A stretch of 64,000 nucleotides of DNA from Clostridiales bacterium (GCA_015055975.1 SVHF01000005.1:2676-66675); one strand, 5' to 3'. Shown: positions 10,260 to 19,450, counted from the first letter of the stretch. Made by a program: numbers and translations. Notes: a model not told the origin generated them from the letters alone.

Positions 10260-10277
10260 TGTTGCAGTTTTGTTGCA
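10260..10277 (+). promoter_or_regulatory. Heptamer direct repeat TGTTGCA-N4-TGTTGCA, candidate response-regulator site
   Basis: Two exact copies with 11-bp period between the regulator gene and the downstream operon. Confidence 0.5.
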
Positions 10278-10285
10278 TATGAAAG

Positions 10286-10311
10286 AGTACCATTAAAGTG
10301 GTACTTTTTTT
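10286..10311 (+). terminator. Hairpin plus T run after the two-component operon
   Basis: AGTACCA-TTAAAG-TGGTACT then TTTTTT. Confidence 0.55.
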
Positions 10312-10346
10312 ATATTACTATAAGCACGCGATATTTAGGGGTAATT

Positions 10347-10793
10347 ATGAAGATAAATGCAAGAAGTAATCGACACATTGTACTACTAGTTGTTTTGGTA
10401 AGCGTATTTGTTGCGCTATCTATTTTGGCATTAAACGCAATCCAAGTGCAAGATGAGGTATATGCAGATGGAAACGAAGCCAATTTGGTTGCCAATGAAA
10501 TGGAACAAAATGTAAGTCAAGTTAATTATGTAGCTGTGTATCAAGGGGTTGAGAGCTGGGCTGTTTCTATTATTGTTTCAGCATCAATCTTAGTGATATT
10601 AATCATAACTTACCTAATAATGTTTTTTGCGTTGAATAAGTACATTGTAGAAGACGGCAAAGTGGTTAGAGCATTTAGAGTAAGTACACACGAAGGACAA
10701 ATTCATTTGTTAACATATAAGTTTTCTATGGTTTATAGGATCCCAGAAGAAGTATATGAAACAAAACAAAAAGCAAAAGAAATAAACAATTAA
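10347..10793 (+). CDS. Small membrane protein (signal/TM, second TM, short cytoplasmic domain)
   Basis: 148 aa, two hydrophobic segments, directly upstream of the giant protein gene. Confidence 0.7.
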   Translation: MKINARSNRHIVLLVVLVSVFVALSILALNAIQVQDEVYADGNEANLVANEMEQNVSQVNYVAVYQGVESWAVSIIVSASILVILIITYLIMFFALNKYIVEDGKVVRAFRVSTHEGQIHLLTYKFSMVYRIPEEVYETKQKAKEINN

Positions 10794-10826
10794 TTGAAAT
10801 TGAGGAAATACAGAACGGAGGGCATA

Positions 10827-13800
10827 ATGAATATTAAAACAAGAAATTGGATTTTCGTCATGATACTAGCTATAGTCGTAATCGCTAGTTCATTTATGAT
10901 GATCCAAAGTATAGAAAAAGCAACAAACGATAATGTCGCTTATGCAGATGCAACTTTAAGAGGAAGCGGAACTAAAGTAGATCCATATCAAATCGGGGAT
11001 GCTGAAGAGTTAGGCGCATTTAGAGACATTATTAACGGCTTGAGCGCAGTTACTGAAAAACATGCTATTTTAACAAAGGATATTGTTTTTGATACAGAAA
11101 CAAAATGGACACCAATTGGTACAGATACTAAGCCATTCAAGGGTACATTTGATGGAAATGGATACACAATTAAAGGATTAACAATAAATGCGGATGATGG
11201 AGAAAGAGGAGGCCTTTTTGGAAATATTACAGGTGGGGCTACAGAGGATGCCGCTTCTATCATTAAAAATGTAATACTAGAAAAGAATGGTGAAATAGGA
11301 AGTATTTCAGTGTTTTCAGATTCTGGTTCCATAGTTGGTTATGCATATAATGACTATATTAAAATCATCAATTGTCATAACTATCTTCCAATTTACGCAC
11401 TATCCACAACTGGAGGAATCGTAGGTCAAGCGGGACCAAATACTACAATCGAAGAATGTAGCAATCATGGAGATATAATAGCAGTATATACATTTGAAGG
11501 TGCTCCAAGAAAGCTTGGTGGAATTGTAGGATACGCAAATGGGCTTGCGCCATTATCTGGTGACATAACTCGTAACGTAACAATTAAAAATTGCTATAAC
11601 GAAGGAAATATTACAGGGGAACCTTATAGCGATACATATATATGTCAAATGTTTGGCGGAATTGCAGGAAATGTTCAGGATTATGCTGTAATTTCAAATT
11701 GTTTTAGCTTAGGAAGTGTTACAGCTGTAATAAGGTTTGAAAAGATACAATCATTGTTTGGTTATGTTGGTGATTTAACAGGTGATAAATATACACCAGC
11801 AACAGCTGTTAGTATTTCAGAGTGTTATTATCTTGAAGGCAAAGGGACAGATGAAAAAGTTCCAGCAGAAACAGGAAGTAAAGATGCTGCATGGTTTGAA
11901 GACGAAAGCAATTTTGATTCAACAAAAGGTTGGGATTTTGATACTATCTTTGAAATGGGTGCAACAAATTACCCAGTAATTAGAACAAGTAGATTGATAA
12001 TCGGTGGACACTTAGTAGGTCCAGGGTCATATGAAAGCCCAACAACAACGGATGATTCTACTACTCCAATGTTTGAATACGATATTAAAACTAACACATT
12101 AATATTGAATAGGTTTAATTACGATCCAATAAGAGCAACTGATAAATATGAATATAGCCCATATTATGGATATAATGTTGAAGCAGCTATAGATTATGTT
12201 GGCGAAGATGATTTTACTATAACGATAGCTGACCTAATCGATATTTATAACATGTCATATAGTTCAAATACATATGATTGGTATGGCATTAGATCTACAG
12301 GAAAATTAATTATACAAAAACAAGGCGCTTTTTCTGACTACTTAACATTACTACGTATTGGCTTTGAAAGTTCTGTCGTTGGAGGAGCTGTTTATGACGG
12401 GGTAGGTCATTCTAGTTATGGTATTTATTGTGAAAAAGGAATTGAATTTAAAGGTGGCAGTATAGATATAAGGGGCGGAGATAGTGTTAATGCTTCTCGT
12501 TATACAGATGAAAGTATAGGTATCTATAGCAAAAAAGATATTATAGTAGCTGCAAATACTCTAGATTCAAAGGATTTAAGAATTAAGTTTGTAGCAAGAG
12601 GGGCTACTCAAGCAATTAAATTTGACGATGATAGTGATAAGCTAACTTCTGGATGCTCTGGTATTGCTTCACCATATTGGACGGGCATTGATGAAAAAAC
12701 AACTAATGCTGTAGTTATTAATAAAAATACGGCATATGACAATACTACGTTGGGTAAAGATGTGGATAGCTCGTTTACTCCATACAGAACAATATTCTTA
12801 TGTGGTATTCCAATTGCTTTAATGCCAGATAGTAAAGAAGTCTTTTTCGGAGACCCAATTCCAGATTACACATATACAGCAAAATATATGAATAGTAGCG
12901 TATCTACTACATTTAAGGCATTCTTGGATGAAAACTTCTACGCAAATTCAAATTATAATCCTCAAACTTCGACTGTAGGTGATAAATATATTAATATGTA
13001 TAATAAAACAGAAGGAAGCTTCAGTCATTTTGTATTTGGATATCAGGCTTCAGGTATGGACTCAGCTCAAGATTTTTATGTTGAGAATAATAGAACAGGA
13101 ACGCTTAAAGTTAAGCCGTCTTTACCTCAATATACAGAGCCTGAAGCTGTAGAAGGATTAAAGTATACTGGTCAAGCCCAAGCGTTGGTAACAGCAGGCA
13201 CAGTAAGCAGTGCTGGCGCAACAATGTACTATAGTACAGACGATGGGGAAAATTGGACAACAACTGTTTCAACAGGTACAAATGTTGGTACATATAGTGT
13301 ATGGTTTAAAATCAATGGTGGATTGAATTATTCAAATGTTGAAAAAACATTGGTTTCTAATAGTATTTCAATTGTGGCAAATGATAAAGCTGCATTAAAA
13401 GCAGCAATCGATGCAGCAAATGAATATAAGAATTCTATTGCGGATAAGTATGCAACAAGAAGAACAACACTAGAAGGAATTATCAACGACAAAGATACTA
13501 ATGTATATCAAAACGATGATGTAACTGAAGCTCAAATTGCACAAGCAATTACTGATATTGAAAATGAAGTTAAGGATGCTAAAAAAGGTATCTTTAGTGA
13601 TAGCGTTGATGCAATTGGCACTGTTACATATCCTACTTCAAAAGACGATATCGATTATGCATTAAGTGTATATGATGCATTAGATGATGATTTAAAGCAA
13701 GATACAGCTGTAGTTGCAGATAAGGCAGAGCTTGATAAAGCACAAGAAGATTACTTCAGCTCTATTATTAATGCTTTAAAACCATTAGAAGATGTAAAGC

Positions 13801-16649
13801 ATATAGATGAAGTTTTCCAAAAGATAAACGATGCTTTTAATTATTTTGGATACGAATTAGATGATACACAAAAAGGAAATGTAGCCGACGATTATGACTA
13901 TCTATTAAAAGCTTACGATAAATATATCGCAGAAGGAGTTGTAGATTTAATTAAAGATATCGGCAATGTTGAAGATGTAAAGCACACTGATGAATACAAA
14001 GAAAAGATTCAAAAGGCTAGGGATGCATACGATGATTTAACAGATGATCAAAAAGCATATGTTACAAATATTAAAGATTTAGAAGATGCTGAAGATAAAT
14101 ATGCAGCTGAAGGTGTAATCGACGAGATTAACGCAATCGGTGAAGTAGAATTGACTGATGAATCAAAAGAAAAGATTCAAAAGGCGAGAGAAACATATGA
14201 TGCTTTAACAGACGAACAAAAAGATTTAGTTGATGACGATACTTATAAAAAATTAACAGATGCAGAGGCAGAATATTATAGATTAGCAGCTGAATCTGTT
14301 AAAGACATGATTGATGCAATTGGCACTGTTAAGTATCCAACATCAAAAGATGCTATTAAAGCTGCAAGAGATGCATATGATGCTCTAACAGGTGATCAAA
14401 AAGCATTAGTTTCTGAAGAAACATATAACAAACTAGTTGCTGCAGAAAAGGAATACGATAAGCAAGAAGACGATGCAACAAGAACTATTGTTGAAGATGA
14501 AGATTCTGGCGTTGCTGTTGAAACTGATGGCGAAACAGGTATTCCAAGAGATATTGAACTAAGAGTTGAAGTAAGAACAGAAGTTTCTTCTAAAGAAGGT
14601 AAGATTGATATTGATTCAATTCAAGCAAATCTTGCAAAGACACAAAAGATTGCAAAGGTATTTGATGTTAAGTTAATTCAAATCGTTGCAGGCGAAGAAA
14701 AAGAAATTCAACCATCTGACATTAAGCCAGGAATGAAGATTAAGATTCATATGAACATTCCTCAAGGCGTAAACACAAAGGACTTAAAGGTATTGCATAT
14801 CCACGACAATGGTTCTATTGAACTAATCGAAAATGTTGCTATTGATGGCGAGGATGCAATCATTGAAGTTGATTCATTATCTCAATTCGCTTTAGTAGAA
14901 AAAACAGGACATGGATTCTGCATTGGATGGATTTTATTAATCTTTGGAATCCTTGAAATGATTTGGTTAGCTTTATATATCTTGGCAAGATTCGGATTAT
15001 GGAGCAAGTTAGAGTTTATTGCACGCAAGATTAAGACAGCAGGATTCATTAGCTTATTAGTTTCTGATGCATTATTTATCCTTGCGCTAGTTGCTATATG
15101 CTTACATGTATGCGCATTGACAATTATATTCTTTATCTTGTTACTTCTAATGAATATCGCAGTTAGATTATTGTTCTTAGAAGACGTAGGTGTAATTAAA
15201 CTACCAAAATCTAAGAAAGCTCAAGAAAAGGAAAAGGCTCATGAAAAAGCAAAAGCCGATGAAACAGCAAAGGCAAATGCAAAAGATGAGCTTGAAAGAA
15301 AGAAACTTTCAGAATATAAGCATATGAGCAAATGGGGCTTAGAAGCTTCTAAGAAGATTGCAAAAGAAGAAGATGAAAACGGTATTTTGGCTGTAGGTAT
15401 TATCCAAAACAGAAAGGGCAAAGTTTACATGTTCGATCCAAACGGATACGAAGTCACTCCAGGCGATATCGTAGAAATTACAGATTTAGCAGGAGAAAAG
15501 AAAGCTGTAGCTGTTGTAATTGGTAACCATATGGCACCAAAAGAAAGAATAGTAGACCCATTCAAGCCAATTAACTGTGTTCTATACACACAAGATGCTG
15601 CTGCAGAAAAGGAAGCAGAAGAACAATCTCGTAGAGAAGAAGAGGCTCGTATTGCGGCAGAAGAAGCAGCAAAGAAGGAAGCTGAAGAGAAAGCTAGAAT
15701 AGCGGCTGAAGAAGAGGCAAGAAGACAAGCAGAACAAAAAGCGGCCGACGAAGCAGCCCTAAAGGCTGCAGAGGATAGAGCTAAGGCTGAACAAGAAGAG
15801 AAGGCTAGAAGAGAAGCCGAGGCTCTATCTCTAAAGGAAAGTCTTGCTAAAGCAAAGGCTACAGAATCTTCAAATAAGTTCTCTAAAGCTTACATTTGTG
15901 ATTATCTAAGTAAAAAGAGCAATGTGGAAATTAATACTAGAGGTAATTTGACTTCTACTGGATTGCCACTTGCAGATACTCACTATGTGGTTGCAGAAGA
16001 TAAAAAGACATGTTTTATCTATGTTTATGAAACAGAAGGATCAGTAATTATCCTTGGTAAGATGAGTGATGAATATGCAAATACTCTAAAGCCAAATCAT
16101 AAGCAAGTACATCTATCTGCATTCCCTAAGCAAAAGGATACTTGGTATAGCTTGATCTTAGATGATTCATATACAACAGATGATGTAAACAAGATTCTAG
16201 ATGATTTAGTTAACCAAACAAAGCAAGATTTAGGATTGCCATTGGAAGAAGGTATTACTCTAAAAGAATCAATTAAACTTGCTAAAGCAACTACATCATC
16301 TCACAAGTTCACAAAAGCTTATGTATGTGATTATCTAAACACAAAAGAAAACGTAGAAGTAAACACAAGAGGTAACCTAACATCAACAGGTCTTCCACTT
16401 GCAGATACTCACTATGTTGTAAATGGAGATAAGAAAGAATGCTTCGTTTATGTATACGAAACAGAAGGCTCTATCATCTTGCTTGCAAAGATGAAGGAAG
16501 ACTACGCTAAAGAATTACAAAAGAAACATTCTCAAGTACATCTATCTGCATTCCCAAAACAAAAAGATACTTGGTATAGTTTAATCATTGACGATTCATA
16601 TTCTAAAGAAGAATTTGAAAAGATAATTGATGACTTAATTAAAAGATAA
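10827..16649 (+). CDS. Giant membrane-spanning protein: GLUG-like beta-helix, MBG-like, helical repeats, 3 TM, cytoplasmic RicT-like, coiled-coil and 2x YjbR-like domains
   Basis: Start moved to ATG 10827 (SD GGAGG); N-terminal TM; DPYQI..EEL, WTPIG, FKGTFDGNGYTIKGL; repeated (I/V)DAIGxV..ARDAYDALT helices; TM cluster near 14910-15180; duplicated 143-aa C-terminal domain. Confidence 0.85.
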   Translation: MNIKTRNWIFVMILAIVVIASSFMMIQSIEKATNDNVAYADATLRGSGTKVDPYQIGDAEELGAFRDIINGLSAVTEKHAILTKDIVFDTETKWTPIGTDTKPFKGTFDGNGYTIKGLTINADDGERGGLFGNITGGATEDAASIIKNVILEKNGEIGSISVFSDSGSIVGYAYNDYIKIINCHNYLPIYALSTTGGIVGQAGPNTTIEECSNHGDIIAVYTFEGAPRKLGGIVGYANGLAPLSGDITRNVTIKNCYNEGNITGEPYSDTYICQMFGGIAGNVQDYAVISNCFSLGSVTAVIRFEKIQSLFGYVGDLTGDKYTPATAVSISECYYLEGKGTDEKVPAETGSKDAAWFEDESNFDSTKGWDFDTIFEMGATNYPVIRTSRLIIGGHLVGPGSYESPTTTDDSTTPMFEYDIKTNTLILNRFNYDPIRATDKYEYSPYYGYNVEAAIDYVGEDDFTITIADLIDIYNMSYSSNTYDWYGIRSTGKLIIQKQGAFSDYLTLLRIGFESSVVGGAVYDGVGHSSYGIYCEKGIEFKGGSIDIRGGDSVNASRYTDESIGIYSKKDIIVAANTLDSKDLRIKFVARGATQAIKFDDDSDKLTSGCSGIASPYWTGIDEKTTNAVVINKNTAYDNTTLGKDVDSSFTPYRTIFLCGIPIALMPDSKEVFFGDPIPDYTYTAKYMNSSVSTTFKAFLDENFYANSNYNPQTSTVGDKYINMYNKTEGSFSHFVFGYQASGMDSAQDFYVENNRTGTLKVKPSLPQYTEPEAVEGLKYTGQAQALVTAGTVSSAGATMYYSTDDGENWTTTVSTGTNVGTYSVWFKINGGLNYSNVEKTLVSNSISIVANDKAALKAAIDAANEYKNSIADKYATRRTTLEGIINDKDTNVYQNDDVTEAQIAQAITDIENEVKDAKKGIFSDSVDAIGTVTYPTSKDDIDYALSVYDALDDDLKQDTAVVADKAELDKAQEDYFSSIINALKPLEDVKHIDEVFQKINDAFNYFGYELDDTQKGNVADDYDYLLKAYDKYIAEGVVDLIKDIGNVEDVKHTDEYKEKIQKARDAYDDLTDDQKAYVTNIKDLEDAEDKYAAEGVIDEINAIGEVELTDESKEKIQKARETYDALTDEQKDLVDDDTYKKLTDAEAEYYRLAAESVKDMIDAIGTVKYPTSKDAIKAARDAYDALTGDQKALVSEETYNKLVAAEKEYDKQEDDATRTIVEDEDSGVAVETDGETGIPRDIELRVEVRTEVSSKEGKIDIDSIQANLAKTQKIAKVFDVKLIQIVAGEEKEIQPSDIKPGMKIKIHMNIPQGVNTKDLKVLHIHDNGSIELIENVAIDGEDAIIEVDSLSQFALVEKTGHGFCIGWILLIFGILEMIWLALYILARFGLWSKLEFIARKIKTAGFISLLVSDALFILALVAICLHVCALTIIFFILLLLMNIAVRLLFLEDVGVIKLPKSKKAQEKEKAHEKAKADETAKANAKDELERKKLSEYKHMSKWGLEASKKIAKEEDENGILAVGIIQNRKGKVYMFDPNGYEVTPGDIVEITDLAGEKKAVAVVIGNHMAPKERIVDPFKPINCVLYTQDAAAEKEAEEQSRREEEARIAAEEAAKKEAEEKARIAAEEEARRQAEQKAADEAALKAAEDRAKAEQEEKARREAEALSLKESLAKAKATESSNKFSKAYICDYLSKKSNVEINTRGNLTSTGLPLADTHYVVAEDKKTCFIYVYETEGSVIILGKMSDEYANTLKPNHKQVHLSAFPKQKDTWYSLILDDSYTTDDVNKILDDLVNQTKQDLGLPLEEGITLKESIKLAKATTSSHKFTKAYVCDYLNTKENVEVNTRGNLTSTGLPLADTHYVVNGDKKECFVYVYETEGSIILLAKMKEDYAKELQKKHSQVHLSAFPKQKDTWYSLIIDDSYSKEEFEKIIDDLIKR
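15825..16646 (+). repeat. Tandem duplicated ~143-aa C-terminal domain
   Basis: Copies begin at 15825 (LSLKESLAKAKAT) and 16254 (ITLKESIKLAKAT); shared NTRGNLTSTGLPLADTHYVV and HLSAFPKQKDTWYSLI.DDSY. Confidence 0.9.
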
Positions 16650-16673
16650 CACAAAGTTATTTTTATTGGGCAA

Positions 16674-16709
16674 GGGAGCTGCTTTGAGTTAGGGCAGCTC
16701 CCCTATTTT
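16674..16709 (+). terminator. Intrinsic terminator of the giant-protein gene
   Basis: GGGAGCTGC-N11-GCAGCTCCC then CTATTTT. Confidence 0.8.
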
Positions 16710-18299
16710 ATTAGAGATAGAAAGTAAAAAAAATCCTCGACAATATTGAAACATCGAGGTATTCGGCGGAAGGGCGGTGTCCACTTGCGCACTAATGTCT
16801 TTAAAGACATTTCCTCCCGAATCAAGCTTTAGTTTTTCTGTGAATTCTTCTAATTCTTTTTTAGTAAGTTTATTGCCTCTTGGTTTTGTATCATCAGGCC
16901 CATTAAATACAATTACTATTTCGTTGTCATAAACAATAATCACTCTAATAAATGTTCTGATTAATTTTAATCTTGTTTCAGGAGTATCGGTATCAACATC
17001 TAGAATTCGATTGAAAAACTCTAGCACAGATGCTTTAGATATTATTTGTTCAGATGCGCTTTCTTCTTTTGAAATAGCAACATCTATCTTTTCTAATTCT
17101 TCTTCTAGTTCTATTAACTTTGTTTGTGTAGATTTTGTTACAACACCAAGAGATATAGCATTTAACATATTATCTATTGCGTTTTGTGTGGTTTTCTTTC
17201 TTGTGTTTAGCATAGATAATACGATGTTTTCTTTCTTTTGTTTTAAAGAATATTCATATAAGGCATTTGCTAATTTTTCGATTATGTTTTTGTTTTTTAA
17301 TGAATTATACAAAACATCTGCAACTAAATCTTCAAGCTTTTCTTTTGGGATAGATTTGTTATGGCATCCTTTATGATAAGGCGCTGTTGATCTACAAGAA
17401 TAATAATGGTATTTTCTTCCTGTGCAGCTAGTGCTAGTTGCTCCTATTAATGGGGAATTACAATTGCCACAATATACCAATCCATTAAGCAAATAATCAT
17501 AGATGTTGTATCTATCTCCATGAGCTTCTACATTTCTTTCGTGAATAGCATTAACTGTATTCCATAATGAATCATCAATAATCTTTGGATATATATTAGT
17601 GTAAACAGTACCATCATTTTCCCATTTGCCATTGTATTTGCTATTGCATAAGGTTTTATAAATCATCTTCTTATAGAATGGTTTGCCAGTCTTTGTTCTA
17701 TATCCTTGAGCATTTAATTCATTTGCGATATGCTCAGCGGTATATCCATCTTTATACATTTCAAACATCTTCTTAACAACTTGCGCTTCAAGCGGATTAA
17801 TGACGCATTTTTGATTAACAATGTCATAACCATATAATTGCGCTCCGCCAGTAAATAATCCTTTGCTATAAGACAATTTCAAGCCACGTTTAACCTTTTG
17901 AGAAAGCTCAGCAGAGTAGTATTGGGCAAAACCTTCTAAAACAGATTCGAAAATAATAGCTTCTGGAGTATCTGGAATGTTTTCGGTTGCAGATATAACT
18001 TTTATGCCATTTTGTTTTAGAGTATGCTTGTGTACTGCTGAATCATATTTGTCTCTAGAAAATCTATCTAACTTATATACTAAGATATAATCCCATTGTT
18101 TACGAACACATTCTTTCATCATAAGTTGAAAAGAAGGTCTAGCATCATTTGTTCCAGATTTTGCACGATCAATATATTCTTTTACAACAGTGATGTCATT
18201 TCGTTTAGCATATTCATAGCAAACACGTAATTGACCTTCAATAGATTGTTCTGTTTGAGAACTACAAGAGAATCTTGCGTATATAACAGCTTTCTTCAT
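16689..18299 (-). CDS. Large serine recombinase (integrase)
   Basis: AVIYARFS (catalytic Ser), SIEGQ, RPSFQ, LVYKLDRFSR; recombinase domain; Zn ribbon VYCGNC...YYSC...C; coiled coil. Confidence 0.95.
   Translation of the reverse strand: MKKAVIYARFSCSSQTEQSIEGQLRVCYEYAKRNDITVVKEYIDRAKSGTNDARPSFQLMMKECVRKQWDYILVYKLDRFSRDKYDSAVHKHTLKQNGIKVISATENIPDTPEAIIFESVLEGFAQYYSAELSQKVKRGLKLSYSKGLFTGGAQLYGYDIVNQKCVINPLEAQVVKKMFEMYKDGYTAEHIANELNAQGYRTKTGKPFYKKMIYKTLCNSKYNGKWENDGTVYTNIYPKIIDDSLWNTVNAIHERNVEAHGDRYNIYDYLLNGLVYCGNCNSPLIGATSTSCTGRKYHYYSCRSTAPYHKGCHNKSIPKEKLEDLVADVLYNSLKNKNIIEKLANALYEYSLKQKKENIVLSMLNTRKKTTQNAIDNMLNAISLGVVTKSTQTKLIELEEELEKIDVAISKEESASEQIISKASVLEFFNRILDVDTDTPETRLKLIRTFIRVIIVYDNEIVIVFNGPDDTKPRGNKLTKKELEEFTEKLKLDSGGNVFKDISAQVDTALPPNTSMFQYCRGFFLLSISNKIGELP
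16726..16759 (-). terminator. Probable native tRNA-Ser terminator, now separated from the tRNA by the element
   Basis: Minus strand CCTCGA-TGTTTCAATATTG-TCGAGG-A-T8, 5 nt beyond the att core on the host side. Confidence 0.65.
16765..16794. other. Recombinase-proximal att junction
   Basis: Core GGCGGA (16765-16770) shared with the tRNA-Ser 3' end; element-side arm carries GCGCACTA (16787-16794), the inverse of TAGTGCGC at the other junction. Confidence 0.75.
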
Positions 18300-18330
18300 T
18301 TATTATTCATTTCTCCTTAGTATGTAATAT

Positions 18331-18611
18331 TTGTCTTTCGACACCTTCGAAAAATCAAAAAGGAATGAATTGGTCAAGGGGTAAAAGAGACTGAACCTTT
18401 ACCAAAAAGGGAATTTTTGATACCCACTTTTCGAAAGACAATTTGATGCTAGCATGTGAAAGGGTGAGATTGCGTGGTAGTAAATGGGGAGTAGAGGTGA
18501 GTAGAATAGTGGTGGATAGCGATAAGTGCACTAAAAGTATACCTAAATCTCACCTTTACCTCACCTTTGTACCCATTTGTCTCACTTTTACTCCCCCGAA
18601 AACTCACCTTT
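18331..18611. repeat. Structured intergenic region with nested inverted repeats and CTCACCTTT iteron-like repeats
   Basis: TTGTCTTTCGA (18331)/TCGAAAGACAA (18431) with inner arms; CTCAC(C/T)TTT at 18549, 18560, 18581, 18603; inverted GGTGAG copies near 18463 and 18496. Confidence 0.7.
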
Positions 18612-18665
18612 AAAACCTATATATTAAATATGGCAATTGACGTTGCTAAAAATAATAGGAGGTCA

Positions 18666-19433
18666 ATGATGGGTGGTAATGCTATACAAATAGTTGAAAG
18701 GCAAAAGAAAAAAGAAGAAAGACGTAAGAAATGGCTTGAATATATTCTTCAAGAATCTATGCATGCTGCAAAAAGTATTGGGGATGTAGATTTAAGAATA
18801 TTATGTGTAAAGACAATGCTTATTGAAAAAGGTATGAAAGATATAGATGCAGATGTAGCAGCTAAATGTGCTATATATAAGCAAGAAAAAGAAAGAACTA
18901 AAAGACGGTTAACTTTTTGTAAACATAGATATTTAGAAGAGTTCAATTATTATGCAACATTTACTTATGATGAAAACAAGTTAAGTGAGAAAAGATTTAA
19001 AAGAAAGTTATTAAGAAAACTAAAGGGATTTTCAAAGCGAAAAGGATGGAAATATTTAGGAGTATGGGAAAGAACAAAAGAATCTAAAAGATTGTATTTC
19101 TATGGTCTTGTATATATTCCAGATAAAAAGCTTGTTGGAAAATTCATAAAAGTAAACGATTTTAATTTCAAAGCGCATAAGCCTAAAGAGGTCATACAAA
19201 ACACATATTTCAATAAAAAGTTTGGACGATGTACATTTGAAGAAATAAACGCTCAATATTTGCCTAAGACTATGGTAAGAATGGTAAAGCATTTAATGGA
19301 TGCAAAAGATAGCCCTGTATCTTCAAAGAATATCCCAAGCTCAACATTAAATGATCTAAGCTATACAACATTTAAATGTTTAAAAGAAGGGGATGAATAT
19401 ATAGGGCAATTAGAAAAGCGTTTTAAATGCTAA
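18666..19433 (+). CDS. Rolling-circle Rep (HUH)-like protein with degenerate catalytic motifs
   Basis: SD AGGAGG before ATG 18666; YYATFTYD (motif I), KYLGVWER..KRLYFYG (motif II with H to Y), NTYFNKKFGR, MVRMVKHL where YxxKY is expected. Confidence 0.65.
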   Translation: MMGGNAIQIVERQKKKEERRKKWLEYILQESMHAAKSIGDVDLRILCVKTMLIEKGMKDIDADVAAKCAIYKQEKERTKRRLTFCKHRYLEEFNYYATFTYDENKLSEKRFKRKLLRKLKGFSKRKGWKYLGVWERTKESKRLYFYGLVYIPDKKLVGKFIKVNDFNFKAHKPKEVIQNTYFNKKFGRCTFEEINAQYLPKTMVRMVKHLMDAKDSPVSSKNIPSSTLNDLSYTTFKCLKEGDEYIGQLEKRFKC

Positions 19434-19450
19434 ATATTTAAATATATATT

